From the NCBI GenBank assembly GCA_963749915.1, contig CAVVOP010000005.1:32001-96000 (forward strand): a stretch of 64,000 nt of DNA. The letters run 5' to 3'. The first letter of the stretch is position 1. Every line of letters begins with the position of its first letter. The position numbers and the translations under genes are program-made. The notes under the pieces are model-generated. The model was given only the letters and a program-made list of their open reading frames with translations. It ran no database searches and was not told where the DNA came from. Origin of the DNA: an uncultured cyanobacterium. Lineage in GTDB: Bacteria; Cyanobacteriota; Cyanobacteriia; Cyanobacteriales; Cyanobacteriaceae. Below, in pieces: positions 52,716-62,676 of this stretch.

Positions 52716-54530
52716 TTAAAAAGGAATATCATCATCTTCAAAATTCTCAAGTTGAGGACGATTAACAATCTGAACATCAGGGGTTTTCGCTTCAATCAAA
52801 ACAATTTCACCATTAAGGCTTTTCGCTAAAATTTCCGCTGCCTTTTTGGCACTGAGATTTCCCTTTTGTTGAACAGATGTAGGTATTTGTGGAGGAGATA
52901 TCGGAGATTTGCTGTCAGATTGTATTAAAGGAATCACATCGTTTATTGGTGGATTCTTTTGGGTATTGTTAGGGGGAGGAATAGTAGATTTGGGAGGTTC
53001 ACTAGGTTTTGTCTTGGAAATATTTCCTCCAGATTCTTCTTTATTTGACTTTAAGTTTTTATCCTCAAAGAAAAATACTGTCATTGTTTGCCTAAACACT
53101 TTTTGAAAACCAGCCTCTATATCTTTTTTGTTTTTATTCCCCACTTCTAAGAGAAATTTACTCGCCACACAAATTTTTACAGCGTTACCTTCGATACTAG
53201 AAATGTGGCAATTTTGACGGAAAAATGATTTTGTGGTCATCAAATTAATGGCATTGACAACTTTTTCTTTCACGTCAGAAAAGGAAGTTAAATCAACTTT
53301 TTCTCTGTTTTCTAAGGGGGTTTCTGCCCCTATGTTAGTTTGTTCAGGGAGAACAACGGAAGAGACTGCAGGAGTTGGGCTATTTACCGCTGAAGACATG
53401 GTAACTTGATTGCTAGTCACCGTCACAGTGTTAGTCGCATTTGCTGAAGGTAAAAGACTCAATAAGGTAATTTCTAACCATAATCGAGGTTGAGTTGTAT
53501 TTCTAATTTGTAGTTCACTATCTTTAAGTTTTTTTTGACCCTGTAAAATGGTGCTTAATGGCCAATTATGAGCTTCTTGGGTCAATTTTAACCATGTATC
53601 GGCGGTAACAGCCACTAAATCGTTTCTTTCCGGTGCTGTTTTCCCGATTAAGAGGTTTAGGTAAAAGTTTGCTAAATTTTGTAATACAATTAGAGGCTCT
53701 CTACCTCGATCCAAGAGTTTACGACATTGAGTAATTACCGTTTCGGGATTGTCAGTGGCGATGGCCTGTATCAATTCCCATAAATCTTGTTCAGATACGG
53801 CACCAACCAAATCCCAGACTTTTTGAGATGTAATGGTATCGGATAATAAGCTAAGTTGATCTAATAAACTTTGAGCATCCCTCATTCCTCCATTAGATAA
53901 TTGTGCTATTAAAGTCAAGGCTTCGGCGGTAATATCAATATTTTCTTTAGTGGCAATATCCCGTAAATGATCTACCATGGCCTCTAAGGGAATACGGCGG
54001 TAATCGAATCTTTGACACCGAGAGATAATGGTAGGCAATACTCTTTGAGGATCTGTGGTGGCTAAAACAAAAATAACCCTTGGGGGAGGTTCTTCTAAGG
54101 TCTTTAAAAGAGCATTAAAAGCCGCTGTACTGAGCATATGGCACTCATCAATAACATACACCTTATAACGACACTGAACGGGGGCAAATTGTGCTTTTTC
54201 GATGATTTCTCGAATATTATCGACACCCGTATTACTGGCAGCATCAATTTCAATCACGTCTAAAGCTGAACCATTGGTAATACTTCGACAGGCTTCACAA
54301 ACTCCACAGGGACTATCCGTAGGGCGATGGCTTTCAAGACAATTAAGAGATTTAGCCAAAATTCTGGCACTGGAAGTTTTACCAGTACCACGAGGACCAC
54401 AGAAAAGATAAGCAGGGACAATTTTTTCACTTTTGATGGCATTGATAAGAGTTTGAGCGATGGCTTCTTGTCCGGCCAATTGAGCAAAAGTTTGGGGTCG
54501 GTATTTGTGGTGTAAAGGCTCGTAACTCAT
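52716..54530 (-). CDS. dnaX: DNA polymerase III subunit gamma/tau
   Basis: KYRPQTF, GPRGTGKTS, EIDAASN, IDECHML, SRCQRF; start placed at MSYEPLHH; no intein. Confidence 0.95.
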   Translation of the reverse strand: MSYEPLHHKYRPQTFAQLAGQEAIAQTLINAIKSEKIVPAYLFCGPRGTGKTSSARILAKSLNCLESHRPTDSPCGVCEACRSITNGSALDVIEIDAASNTGVDNIREIIEKAQFAPVQCRYKVYVIDECHMLSTAAFNALLKTLEEPPPRVIFVLATTDPQRVLPTIISRCQRFDYRRIPLEAMVDHLRDIATKENIDITAEALTLIAQLSNGGMRDAQSLLDQLSLLSDTITSQKVWDLVGAVSEQDLWELIQAIATDNPETVITQCRKLLDRGREPLIVLQNLANFYLNLLIGKTAPERNDLVAVTADTWLKLTQEAHNWPLSTILQGQKKLKDSELQIRNTTQPRLWLEITLLSLLPSANATNTVTVTSNQVTMSSAVNSPTPAVSSVVLPEQTNIGAETPLENREKVDLTSFSDVKEKVVNAINLMTTKSFFRQNCHISSIEGNAVKICVASKFLLEVGNKNKKDIEAGFQKVFRQTMTVFFFEDKNLKSNKEESGGNISKTKPSEPPKSTIPPPNNTQKNPPINDVIPLIQSDSKSPISPPQIPTSVQQKGNLSAKKAAEILAKSLNGEIVLIEAKTPDVQIVNRPQLENFEDDDIPF

Positions 54531-54682
54531 GATTTTTGAGAAAAAATTAGGGGAGAATGCTTGACAAAATCGGGAGATTTGGGGACTGATATTTAAGTCT
54601 TGTTTATTTGATTCTTTCATTGATAAGATCAATTATCATTAGATCTTAGAACTTAAAAAACCGCTTTCAATAAAGAAAAGCA

Positions 54683-55870
54683 ATGATCAGAAAATTACGG
54701 CAGTGGCTTAATCTTATTCCCGACAACACTATTGAAGCCCACAATCCTCTCGAGAATGATAGGGATCATAATTCCAAGGAGGCAAGTTCATTATCTCACA
54801 ATTCAGAAAAACCTGTCAAAGATGCCGATCTAGAATTTCTCTTTCATCAACTGTTAGAAGGTGTCGTTAATGGTTGGCAAGAAAATCGCATTGAGCAGTT
54901 TTTTGAAAAATTAGAGCCGAGAATCACCGTAGAAACATGGCTTGATTGGTTGCACCGTTATCGTAATCAGTTAATGTCTTCTCCTGCCCCTCATTATCAT
55001 TTTGCTGCTAGAATGATTATCTTGGGGGAAATAACTGCTTCTTTACCCTTTCTTCGTGCCGTTGGTGATTTAGCCTATGAAATTGGTAAAGAGTTATTAA
55101 ATCGGGCGGAGAATAATCCTTTAGTGGAGTCTTTACTACCTCGAACCGCTAATATTTCATTTGATATTAGCCAAGATGCTACAATTAACGATACAGATCA
55201 AGATCCTGAAGTGGCGGAAATTCCCACTTCTTTAGGTGATATTCTCTCTTTATTACAAAATGATGTGAACTTTGCTCAAGATACCGCCCGTCAATTAGGT
55301 ATCGAGACCCTTGATCCGGGTGTAATTATGGAGAAAATAGTTCAAGAAACTGAGTTAACTTCTCTTGTCACCTCAACAGATTCCATTTCTCCTGAAACTG
55401 TTAATGAATTGTTTCATCTCGGTTTGGAAAAAGCCGCAGGGGGAGATTTGGAGGGGGCAATCACCTATTGGGATCAAGTCTTAGCCGCCGATGAGAACTT
55501 TACCCAAGCATGGCATAATCGAGGTAGTGCACTTGCTTACTTAAAGCGTTTTGAAGAAGCAGTGAGAAGTTTTGATCACGCTATCGCTTTAGATGTTAAT
55601 TATCATCAGTCATGGAATGATCGTGGTAATGCTTTATATAGTTTACAATGTTGGCAAGAGGCGATCATTAGTTGGGATCGCACTTTGGGACTACAACCAA
55701 ACGATTATCAAGCATGGTATCATCGAGGTTTAGCGTTGGAAAAATTAAATTTATTCCCAAAGGCGATCGCTAGTTTTCAAAGATGCCTTAGCATTTATGA
55801 TAATTACACCCCTGCCAAAAATGCCTTAACAAGAGTTTCAAGGTTGCTTGAGAAAAAAATAGATAACTAG
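54683..55870 (+). CDS. tetratricopeptide repeat protein
   Basis: C-terminal AWHNRG/SWNDRG/AWYHRG TPR units. Confidence 0.85.
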   Translation: MIRKLRQWLNLIPDNTIEAHNPLENDRDHNSKEASSLSHNSEKPVKDADLEFLFHQLLEGVVNGWQENRIEQFFEKLEPRITVETWLDWLHRYRNQLMSSPAPHYHFAARMIILGEITASLPFLRAVGDLAYEIGKELLNRAENNPLVESLLPRTANISFDISQDATINDTDQDPEVAEIPTSLGDILSLLQNDVNFAQDTARQLGIETLDPGVIMEKIVQETELTSLVTSTDSISPETVNELFHLGLEKAAGGDLEGAITYWDQVLAADENFTQAWHNRGSALAYLKRFEEAVRSFDHAIALDVNYHQSWNDRGNALYSLQCWQEAIISWDRTLGLQPNDYQAWYHRGLALEKLNLFPKAIASFQRCLSIYDNYTPAKNALTRVSRLLEKKIDN

Positions 55871-56081
55871 TGGTCTGTCAAGATAGTTTTGAGGGACTGG
55901 GAACGGATAATTTTGGATCTCTTGGTCGGCATTCCCTCTCTTGGTGGACGTTCCCTTGCGACTTCCGTCGTCGCGGGCTTCCACCGCTTGCGCCTTTCGG
56001 CGGCGCGGGGTCCGACCGCTTTTGGATTTTGGATTTTGGAGGATTGTTTTATCCCTCATTTCAAAATTGGCAGACCACTAG
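55867..56081. mobile_element. MITE carrying a heptamer array and two nested 51-bp elements
   Basis: CTAG-TGGTCTGTCAA..TGAGGGA at left, TCCCTCA..TTGGCAGACCA-CTAG at right (inverted ends, CTAG duplicated). Confidence 0.8.
55918..56019. repeat. two nested copies of a 51-bp GC-rich structured element
   Basis: Inner 55937-55987; outer 55918-55936 + 55988-56019; 41/51 identical. Confidence 0.9.
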
Positions 56082-56116
56082 TTTATTTTTTTATCCCTAG
56101 ACTAAAATCAAAATAA

Positions 56117-56947
56117 ATGACTCACTCATTCCTTTTTTTAATCATGGTTAACCCGGTGAACTCGACTCAATGGCAGTGGCAAGAAACAGAAAAGGGAACT
56201 TATCTCGCCTGTAAATTATTGGCGGATTGGCAACATGGCTTTTTTTCTAGCCATTTTCACCAACAACCGCCAGAAATTTTGGTTAAATATCTTGACCCTT
56301 CCGCTTCCAGCTATCGAGTCAAACAAATCCACAGTAATATAATGGTCACAACAGATACTATTGATTATCATATTCTTAGGGATGCTAATGAGAATTTAGT
56401 GGAAGGAGATGGAATTATTACCGAAAAATCTTTGCAATCCGTTTGGTGTGCTAGTGCCGACTGTACACCTGTCTTAATGGCCGATATGGAAAGCGGTAAA
56501 GTGGCAGCTATTCATTCCGGTTGGCGTGGTACATCTACTAAAATTGTCCCTAATGCCATCACTTTTTTTCAATCTCAAGGTTGTAAGTCGGAGAATTTAT
56601 TATTTGCCTTAGGTCCTGCCATTGATGGTAAGGTTTATCAGGTAGAGACACAAGTAGCGGTTAAAGTGTTAAATACTGTCATCCCTAACTCTGAAAATTT
56701 GGATGTTGATAGTATTTTAGCGGAAGGTTATCTGTTACCTAATCAAGTCATTCTCCCCGATAACGAACCGAATAAAGTAAGGTTAAACGTCACTCAGGTA
56801 ATTAATTTACAAATTCAACAACAAGGCATTTCCCCCGATAATATTGCGATCGCTCCTTATTGTACCTATCAAGTCCCTGAATATTTCTTTTCCTATCGCC
56901 GTACAAAAGAGAAAAATATACAATGGTCTGGTATTGTATCCTCTTAA
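56117..56947 (+). CDS. pgeF: YfiH/PgeF family (purine nucleoside phosphorylase/laccase-like)
   Basis: KQIHS, ADCTPVL, AIHSGWRG, GPAI, YCT..FFSYRR. Confidence 0.9.
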   Translation: MTHSFLFLIMVNPVNSTQWQWQETEKGTYLACKLLADWQHGFFSSHFHQQPPEILVKYLDPSASSYRVKQIHSNIMVTTDTIDYHILRDANENLVEGDGIITEKSLQSVWCASADCTPVLMADMESGKVAAIHSGWRGTSTKIVPNAITFFQSQGCKSENLLFALGPAIDGKVYQVETQVAVKVLNTVIPNSENLDVDSILAEGYLLPNQVILPDNEPNKVRLNVTQVINLQIQQQGISPDNIAIAPYCTYQVPEYFFSYRRTKEKNIQWSGIVSS

Positions 56948-57135
56948 AATAACCTGAGTATTGGATAAGGGAATCAGCTCTAACTGAGGTTAAAATATAT
57001 TCGGTTAGTGCCGACAACATTACTGTTCCTCACTTTTAAGATGCGTTTGCTTCTCCTTGATGCACTAACTTATTGACTAGAAAAAAAAAAATGATACAGT
57101 TTATATGTTAAAACAAGGTATGAATAGGAAATATA

Positions 57136-57333
57136 ATGACTCTTAACTCGGATAGCTTAACTCAGTCAATGAAAGATGATCTAAGTGATTATGTTGCTCA
57201 CTTACAACTACACATGAGTCTTCAATCCCGTAATCTTTTACCATCTATGAGCCAAGTTAATGATAGCCGTGACAATTTACTTTACCAGACTCAAGCCACC
57301 ATCGAAAAATATACTTCCCGCGAGTTGGCTTAA
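57136..57333 (+). CDS. small hypothetical protein upstream of 6S RNA
   Basis: 65-aa ORF with AGGA SD; DYVAHLQLHMSLQSRNL. Confidence 0.7.
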   Translation: MTLNSDSLTQSMKDDLSDYVAHLQLHMSLQSRNLLPSMSQVNDSRDNLLYQTQATIEKYTSRELA

Positions 57334-57346
57334 TACTTAATTAAGC

Positions 57347-57515
57347 GTTACTGGGAACCATGTTTGCTGGGGTAACTACCAGGATGATTTGAACTTAAAG
57401 CAAGAAATTCAGGAGACTGATTACCAATTAACCAATTTTCAGAAGTAATTACCACACTAGTGGCTTGATCTTGTCTTGGGTAAAAACGCCCGTTAGTACA
57501 AAGGTTTCTGGTAAC
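57347..57515 (+). ncRNA. ssrS: 6S RNA (cyanobacterial type)
   Basis: Closing stem GTTACTGGGAACC / GGTTTCTGGTAAC; blocks CAGGAGACTGA, CACTAGTGGCTTGAT, GTAAAAACGCCCG recalled from cyanobacterial 6S RNAs. Confidence 0.75.
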
Positions 57516-57541
57516 TCTATATTAACTTATCAACTGTTAAC

Positions 57542-58402
57542 ATGTGGTCAGAAATTATTAACGCAATCAATAAACATACTGCTTCAAAGTTTGAATTAGT
57601 CAATCATAAATCCATCGGTGGGGGTTGTATTAATCAGGCTTATCAAATCACGGGCAAGAACAAAAGTTATTTTGTTAAGTTAAATAGTGCTTCACAGGTA
57701 GAGATGTTTTCCGCCGAAGCCATGGCCTTAGAAGAAATTTACGATACGAATACCATCACAGTGCCAAAACCTGTTTGTTACGGTATGTCACATAAAAATA
57801 GTTACCTAGTTTTAGAATATATTGGTTTAGGGTTTGGTAATAATCAATCATGGGCCTTGATGGGACAAAAATTAGCTTTCTTACATCAAGCAAAGGTAAC
57901 AAAACCCTTCGGTTGGCACGTAAATAACACCATAGGCTCAACCCCACAAATTAACGATTGGGGTGATGATTGGGCGGATTTTTTTGCGAAGAAAAGAATC
58001 GGTTATCAACTCAAATTAGCCAATGGTCGAGGGGGTAACTTTACCAATGTGCAACAGATTATCGAGAAAGTTAGACAAAGTTTATCCAATCATAAGCCAT
58101 CACCTTCTTTAGTACATGGTGATTTATGGTCAGGAAATGCAGGGTTTACCGAGGAAGGAGAAGGGGTTATTTTTGATCCTGCGTGTTACTATGGCGATCG
58201 AGAAGTAGATATTGCCATGACGGAACTATTCGGTGGTTTTCCTTCCGCCTTTTATCAGGGATATAACCAACAATGGGCCTTAGATGACGGTTATAACCAA
58301 AGAAAAACAATTTATAACTTGTACCATATCCTCAATCACTTTAATTTATTTGGCGGTGGATATGAGTCCCAAGCAAAGAGAATGATTCTGTCTTTGCACT
58401 AA
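57542..58402 (+). CDS. fructosamine kinase family protein
   Basis: GGGCIN, YFVKLN, NTIGSTPQIN, LVHGDLWSGN, FDPACYYGDREVDIAMTELFGGF. Confidence 0.92.
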   Translation: MWSEIINAINKHTASKFELVNHKSIGGGCINQAYQITGKNKSYFVKLNSASQVEMFSAEAMALEEIYDTNTITVPKPVCYGMSHKNSYLVLEYIGLGFGNNQSWALMGQKLAFLHQAKVTKPFGWHVNNTIGSTPQINDWGDDWADFFAKKRIGYQLKLANGRGGNFTNVQQIIEKVRQSLSNHKPSPSLVHGDLWSGNAGFTEEGEGVIFDPACYYGDREVDIAMTELFGGFPSAFYQGYNQQWALDDGYNQRKTIYNLYHILNHFNLFGGGYESQAKRMILSLH

Positions 58403-58514
58403 TTCGCATCTAGAGTTAGTTACTTCTGGGGAAAGAGAATAGTTAAGAGACTTATTCTTATTCAACTCTTTCTTAGCCGTTAATTTTAAACTTGGTGGAA
58501 GATCTAAGTTATAA

Positions 58515-59102
58515 TTGACAAAAAATAGCCCAGAAAAAGGCATGAAGCGCAGATCAAAAAATCCTTATTCTTATGATAACTACTCTGAGCCTGACCGTCG
58601 AAAAGGAGGAAAATCATCTTCACCATTAGAAGGCATTAACTATACTTTAGCCGCTATTTGTGCAGGTATTTTTATTTTAGGTATTGGCGTAGGTATTGCT
58701 TTGAGTTCAGGACAAGTTACCACAGGAAAAAATGTCGCGTCCAGTGAAGTAATTGATCGTAGTGCCCCGAATCCAGAAATTTGCGTACAATTTGGGGCAA
58801 GTGCTATTGTTTCCGATTTGCGAATATTTCTCACTCTTAATCCTTTTAACGTATATGTGAGTCAACCGAGTATGCGTCCGGGATGCGTATTGAGAAGGAA
58901 TAACTGGTCAATATTAGAACAACAAAAATTGGTTACGGATAATCAAGTTAGAGAGTGCAAAAATCGCATGAATACCTTTGGCTTTACAGGAACTTTAGAG
59001 AGTTCTCCTAAGATAGAATGTATTTATCAAAACGATGCCGCCGGAAATCTATTTCTTAATCGACCTGGTGCAGTTGAACCACCACCCACGGAAGATTTCT
59101 AA
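58515..59102 (+). CDS. DUF3172 cyanobacterial membrane protein
   Basis: TM helix; CVQFGASA, LNPFNVYV, PGCVLRRNNW, CKNRMNTFGF; start may be MKRRS (58542). Confidence 0.8.
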   Translation: MTKNSPEKGMKRRSKNPYSYDNYSEPDRRKGGKSSSPLEGINYTLAAICAGIFILGIGVGIALSSGQVTTGKNVASSEVIDRSAPNPEICVQFGASAIVSDLRIFLTLNPFNVYVSQPSMRPGCVLRRNNWSILEQQKLVTDNQVRECKNRMNTFGFTGTLESSPKIECIYQNDAAGNLFLNRPGAVEPPPTEDF

Positions 59103-59211
59103 TAATAGCGGTAAGCAAAGGCATTTTTATTTTATTCAGTTTTTGATAATGATTACTATGAAATAATGGTGGTTAAATTTACTGAAAAATCAGTAACAAA
59201 TTTTATATTCA

Positions 59212-60732
59212 TTAAGTTTTATAAATAGTAGATAAAATATTACTTTTGACAGATTCAAATTTTTTCTTAAGACTTATTTTACTTAACTCTGGTTGGCTTT
59301 TTCCCTGCCATGAAGCACTTCTAACCATAAAATTTTGTAGTTGATTAACTTTTTCCTCATGGATTTTAACTGTTAATAACTGCCGATATTTGTGAGGTTT
59401 ATTTATTTCAAATATGATGATATGATATAAACTTTGAGAAACTAAATTACTACTAATTTCATAACCAATTTTGGTTTTTAAATCTAAATAACAGGGCAAC
59501 CATTTTGGTTCATATTGACGACGATAAAGTAAATTAACCCATAAAATCATCGGATGGGGTGCAAGTTGATAGATAAAATGATTAAAACAAAAGGTAGATT
59601 TAGGTTGAAAAACATTAATCTCTTCAGATTCCAACATGGTCCATAAACTGGAAAATGTACCTTCTTGTGCCTCTGTTAAACAAGGAAACACAATTTTTTT
59701 CCGGGGTTTATCCCTAGGCCAACCACTTTCTGAATATACTTGTTGTAAAAGTAGATTTTTACTATGATTTTCAACATTTGCCGTCCCTGGCAGAGGGGGT
59801 TTTTCTGTGGTCTTCTGTCTATTATATTCTCTTTCCAAGGAAGTGATAATTGTCAAGATTTCACCTATACTTTGAGGGCGATCCCCTGGAGACTTAGCAA
59901 GGCACCTCATAATCATATTTTCCAAGTTTTTTGGTAAATTTAGATAACTAGGAAGGGGTTGAGGTATATTTTCTTGATGAGCCCGATACCATGCTTGAAA
60001 GGTATAAGATTCGGCGACTATGGGGTTTTTTTGGGTTAACATTCGATACATTAAGACCCCTAAGCTATAAATATCCGATGTGGGTCCTAAGTCATCTTCT
60101 GCCATTTGTTCGGGGGAACAGTATTCAGGAGTACCCATGAAGCGTTTTTGTGTTGTTCCTTGTGCTGAATCATTAATTTGAGCAATACCGAAGTCTAATA
60201 TTTTGACGATGGTTTCCTGATCGAGGGTTTTTACCAAAAAGATATTACTTGGTTTAATGTCTCGATGAATAATGGGAGCTAATTTTCCATCGACAAAAAT
60301 ACCGTTATGGGCACATTTTAAACCCAGACAAATTTGACGGATTAAATATAAAAACTTACTAATAGAAATAGCTTTTTTTTTCACTAAATCATCTAAGTCA
60401 TTCCCTTCTAAATATTCCATCACATAAAAGGGTATTTGATTATTTCCTAAACCATAATCTTTTACCTTAACAATATGGTTACTTTGTTCTCCCAGTAAAG
60501 CACTGATTTTAGCTTCGGTTTGAAATCGGTGACGCATTTTTTCATCTAATAATGCCTGAGATAAAAATTTAATGGCAACAATAGCATTCCCCGACGACTT
60601 ATCGATCGCCTTATAGACTTGTCCCATTGCCCCTTTGCCCACTGAATGAACGAGTTGATAACGATTTACTAACAAATCACTGGAGTTTTTACCAAAAGAT
60701 TTTGCCAGAAGATCTGATAATGGTTTAAACAT
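59212..60732 (-). CDS. Hanks-type Ser/Thr protein kinase (SpkA-like paralog)
   Basis: VGKGAMG, HRDIKPSN, DFGIAQ, GTPEYCSPEQ; C-terminal WLPCYLDLK domain. Confidence 0.9.
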   Translation of the reverse strand: MFKPLSDLLAKSFGKNSSDLLVNRYQLVHSVGKGAMGQVYKAIDKSSGNAIVAIKFLSQALLDEKMRHRFQTEAKISALLGEQSNHIVKVKDYGLGNNQIPFYVMEYLEGNDLDDLVKKKAISISKFLYLIRQICLGLKCAHNGIFVDGKLAPIIHRDIKPSNIFLVKTLDQETIVKILDFGIAQINDSAQGTTQKRFMGTPEYCSPEQMAEDDLGPTSDIYSLGVLMYRMLTQKNPIVAESYTFQAWYRAHQENIPQPLPSYLNLPKNLENMIMRCLAKSPGDRPQSIGEILTIITSLEREYNRQKTTEKPPLPGTANVENHSKNLLLQQVYSESGWPRDKPRKKIVFPCLTEAQEGTFSSLWTMLESEEINVFQPKSTFCFNHFIYQLAPHPMILWVNLLYRRQYEPKWLPCYLDLKTKIGYEISSNLVSQSLYHIIIFEINKPHKYRQLLTVKIHEEKVNQLQNFMVRSASWQGKSQPELSKISLKKKFESVKSNILSTIYKT

Positions 60733-60836
60733 TGATTAAGTGTCAGGGAGCCATAGCATACGAAGTTATTGATTATAACATTTTAATGGTTGACACTTGA
60801 CCGTTGATAGTTGACAGTTGTTAATTGTTAATTTAT

Positions 60837-61874
60837 TTAGTATCTTATTTGTTTTGCTGTTTCAAAAAACACTCTCACGCTTTCTTCTGGTGTACCCACT
60901 AACACTCCATGACCAAGATTGAGAATATGCCCACCTTTGCCAGCTTTATTCACGGTATCATGGATTCTTTGTTTAATAAACTCTGGTGAACCAAATAAGA
61001 CACCAGGATCTATATTTCCCTGTACTTTCATTTGTGATCCGAGTCTTTGTCTAGCCTCAGCCATATCTACAGTCCAATCAACGCTAATTATATCAACCCC
61101 AGACTGCCCCATTCTTTCTAAAACCCCTGCACTACCACTAATATAAAGGATTAAAGGGACATCGGGATGAGTGGCTTTGACTTGTTCAACTACTCTTTTT
61201 TGATAGGGTAATGCAAAGGTTTCGTAGTCTTGAGGACTTAATTCCCCAGCCCATGAATCGAACATTTGTACGACTTGAGCTCCACAATCGATCTGATAAC
61301 GAACATAAACGGCGATGGCATCGGCAACTTTACCTAAGAATTTATGTAAAATATCAGGCTGAGAAAAAGCCATACTTTTAATAACAGCGTAATTTTTCGA
61401 GCTTTTGCCTTCGATAGCATAAGCGGCTAAAGTCCAAGGTGCACCAACAAAACCTAACACAGTGGATTGATTGCCTACTTCCTGTCGTAAAGTACTAAGA
61501 ATAGTTTTAATAAAGGGTAGGGATTTTTCAGGGTTTAAAGGGTGTAATTTTTCAACTTGCTCCAAACTACGGACAGGTGGATCGATAATAGGTCCTTTAC
61601 TTTCAATAATATCAAAGGGAATGCCGATACCGGGCAACGGGGTTAAAATATCAGAGAACATAATCACGCCATCTGGTTGAAACGCACGCCAAGGTTGAAG
61701 AGAAATTTCAATAGCTAAATCAGCATTTTCCGAACGCTCACGAAATTCGGGGTATTTATCTCTTAAATCACGATATACTTTCATATAACGTCCGGCTTGA
61801 CGCATCATCCATACAGGAGGACGATCCAATATTTCACCGCGGGCAACCCTTAATAGACAAGGCAAATCGCTCAT
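60837..61874 (-). CDS. hemE: uroporphyrinogen decarboxylase
   Basis: [35 protein letters not shown]. Confidence 0.97.
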   Translation of the reverse strand: MSDLPCLLRVARGEILDRPPVWMMRQAGRYMKVYRDLRDKYPEFRERSENADLAIEISLQPWRAFQPDGVIMFSDILTPLPGIGIPFDIIESKGPIIDPPVRSLEQVEKLHPLNPEKSLPFIKTILSTLRQEVGNQSTVLGFVGAPWTLAAYAIEGKSSKNYAVIKSMAFSQPDILHKFLGKVADAIAVYVRYQIDCGAQVVQMFDSWAGELSPQDYETFALPYQKRVVEQVKATHPDVPLILYISGSAGVLERMGQSGVDIISVDWTVDMAEARQRLGSQMKVQGNIDPGVLFGSPEFIKQRIHDTVNKAGKGGHILNLGHGVLVGTPEESVRVFFETAKQIRY

Positions 61875-62130
61875 TATATAATATATTTTATTTCTTATTT
61901 AAGTGCCTTTTTTAGCTTATCATCACACCTATGCACACACCAAAAAATGTAACAATGTGTGAACAATGAATAAGTTCAAAACAGAATTTGAGCTCACTAT
62001 CAAGAAACACAATCACTACCCTCTTGCAGAAGTCGGGGAACAGGGAACTTTGTCTCCCTAAGAAAAAAAACCCCTTTTCATTATATTTGCTAATATTAGT
62101 TAGTCCCCATCTAAATTTGGATTTATCCGT

Positions 62131-62670
62131 ATGTTAGTCCATGACATCCCACCTCGCAGACCAAGTAACTCCCCAATGGAAAAGATAAAATCTCTTCCTC
62201 AAGGAAATTTTACTGCCAACAAAAAATATCTCAGAAACAAACCTTCTTCCGGAAGACGCATCGATTTACCCTCGAACAATGAACTGTCAAAGCTTCGCTA
62301 TCAAAATCGACCTTTTTGGCTTAAAAGTCTGATTGTACTTAGTAATGGTTCTTCTCTGGTATGTTATCTGAGCGTGGCGATCGCTTTTGTAATGTATAGC
62401 ATGACGGTTCATGCACCAAAGTTATGGACTCAGAAATATGAGCAATTACAAAATTTACAAAAGCAAGAAAGACAATTTAGTTTCACCGATGAGATTGTTA
62501 AAAATCAATTAGGAGAATCAGCGAAAAAATCTGGTTCCGGTTTAATAAATCCCGATCCCACTCAGATGCCAATTTTCTTACCTGATAGCAACCCAAAACC
62601 GATAGAATTAAAATTGTCTAATACTCCTACGCCCAGACAGATTGAAAAAATTTCCCCCATCGCATATTAA
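62131..62670 (+). CDS. bitopic membrane protein upstream of ftsI (FtsL-like position/topology)
   Basis: Basic N-tail, one TM helix, short coiled coil WTQKYEQLQNLQKQERQ. Confidence 0.55.
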   Translation: MLVHDIPPRRPSNSPMEKIKSLPQGNFTANKKYLRNKPSSGRRIDLPSNNELSKLRYQNRPFWLKSLIVLSNGSSLVCYLSVAIAFVMYSMTVHAPKLWTQKYEQLQNLQKQERQFSFTDEIVKNQLGESAKKSGSGLINPDPTQMPIFLPDSNPKPIELKLSNTPTPRQIEKISPIAY

Positions 62671-62676
62671 CCAAGG

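Noticed and set aside
53529..53536. A8 run in dnaX as a gamma/tau frameshift site
   Set aside because: It lies inside the conserved domain III region, where truncation would be damaging, and A-runs are common here
54130..54160. Intein in dnaX at the IDECHML site
   Set aside because: Motif is continuous; the allele is intein-free
55838..56116. Three short overlapping ORFs (73-76 aa) in the ORF track
   Set aside because: They are by-products of the GC-rich nested repeat; no protein-like features
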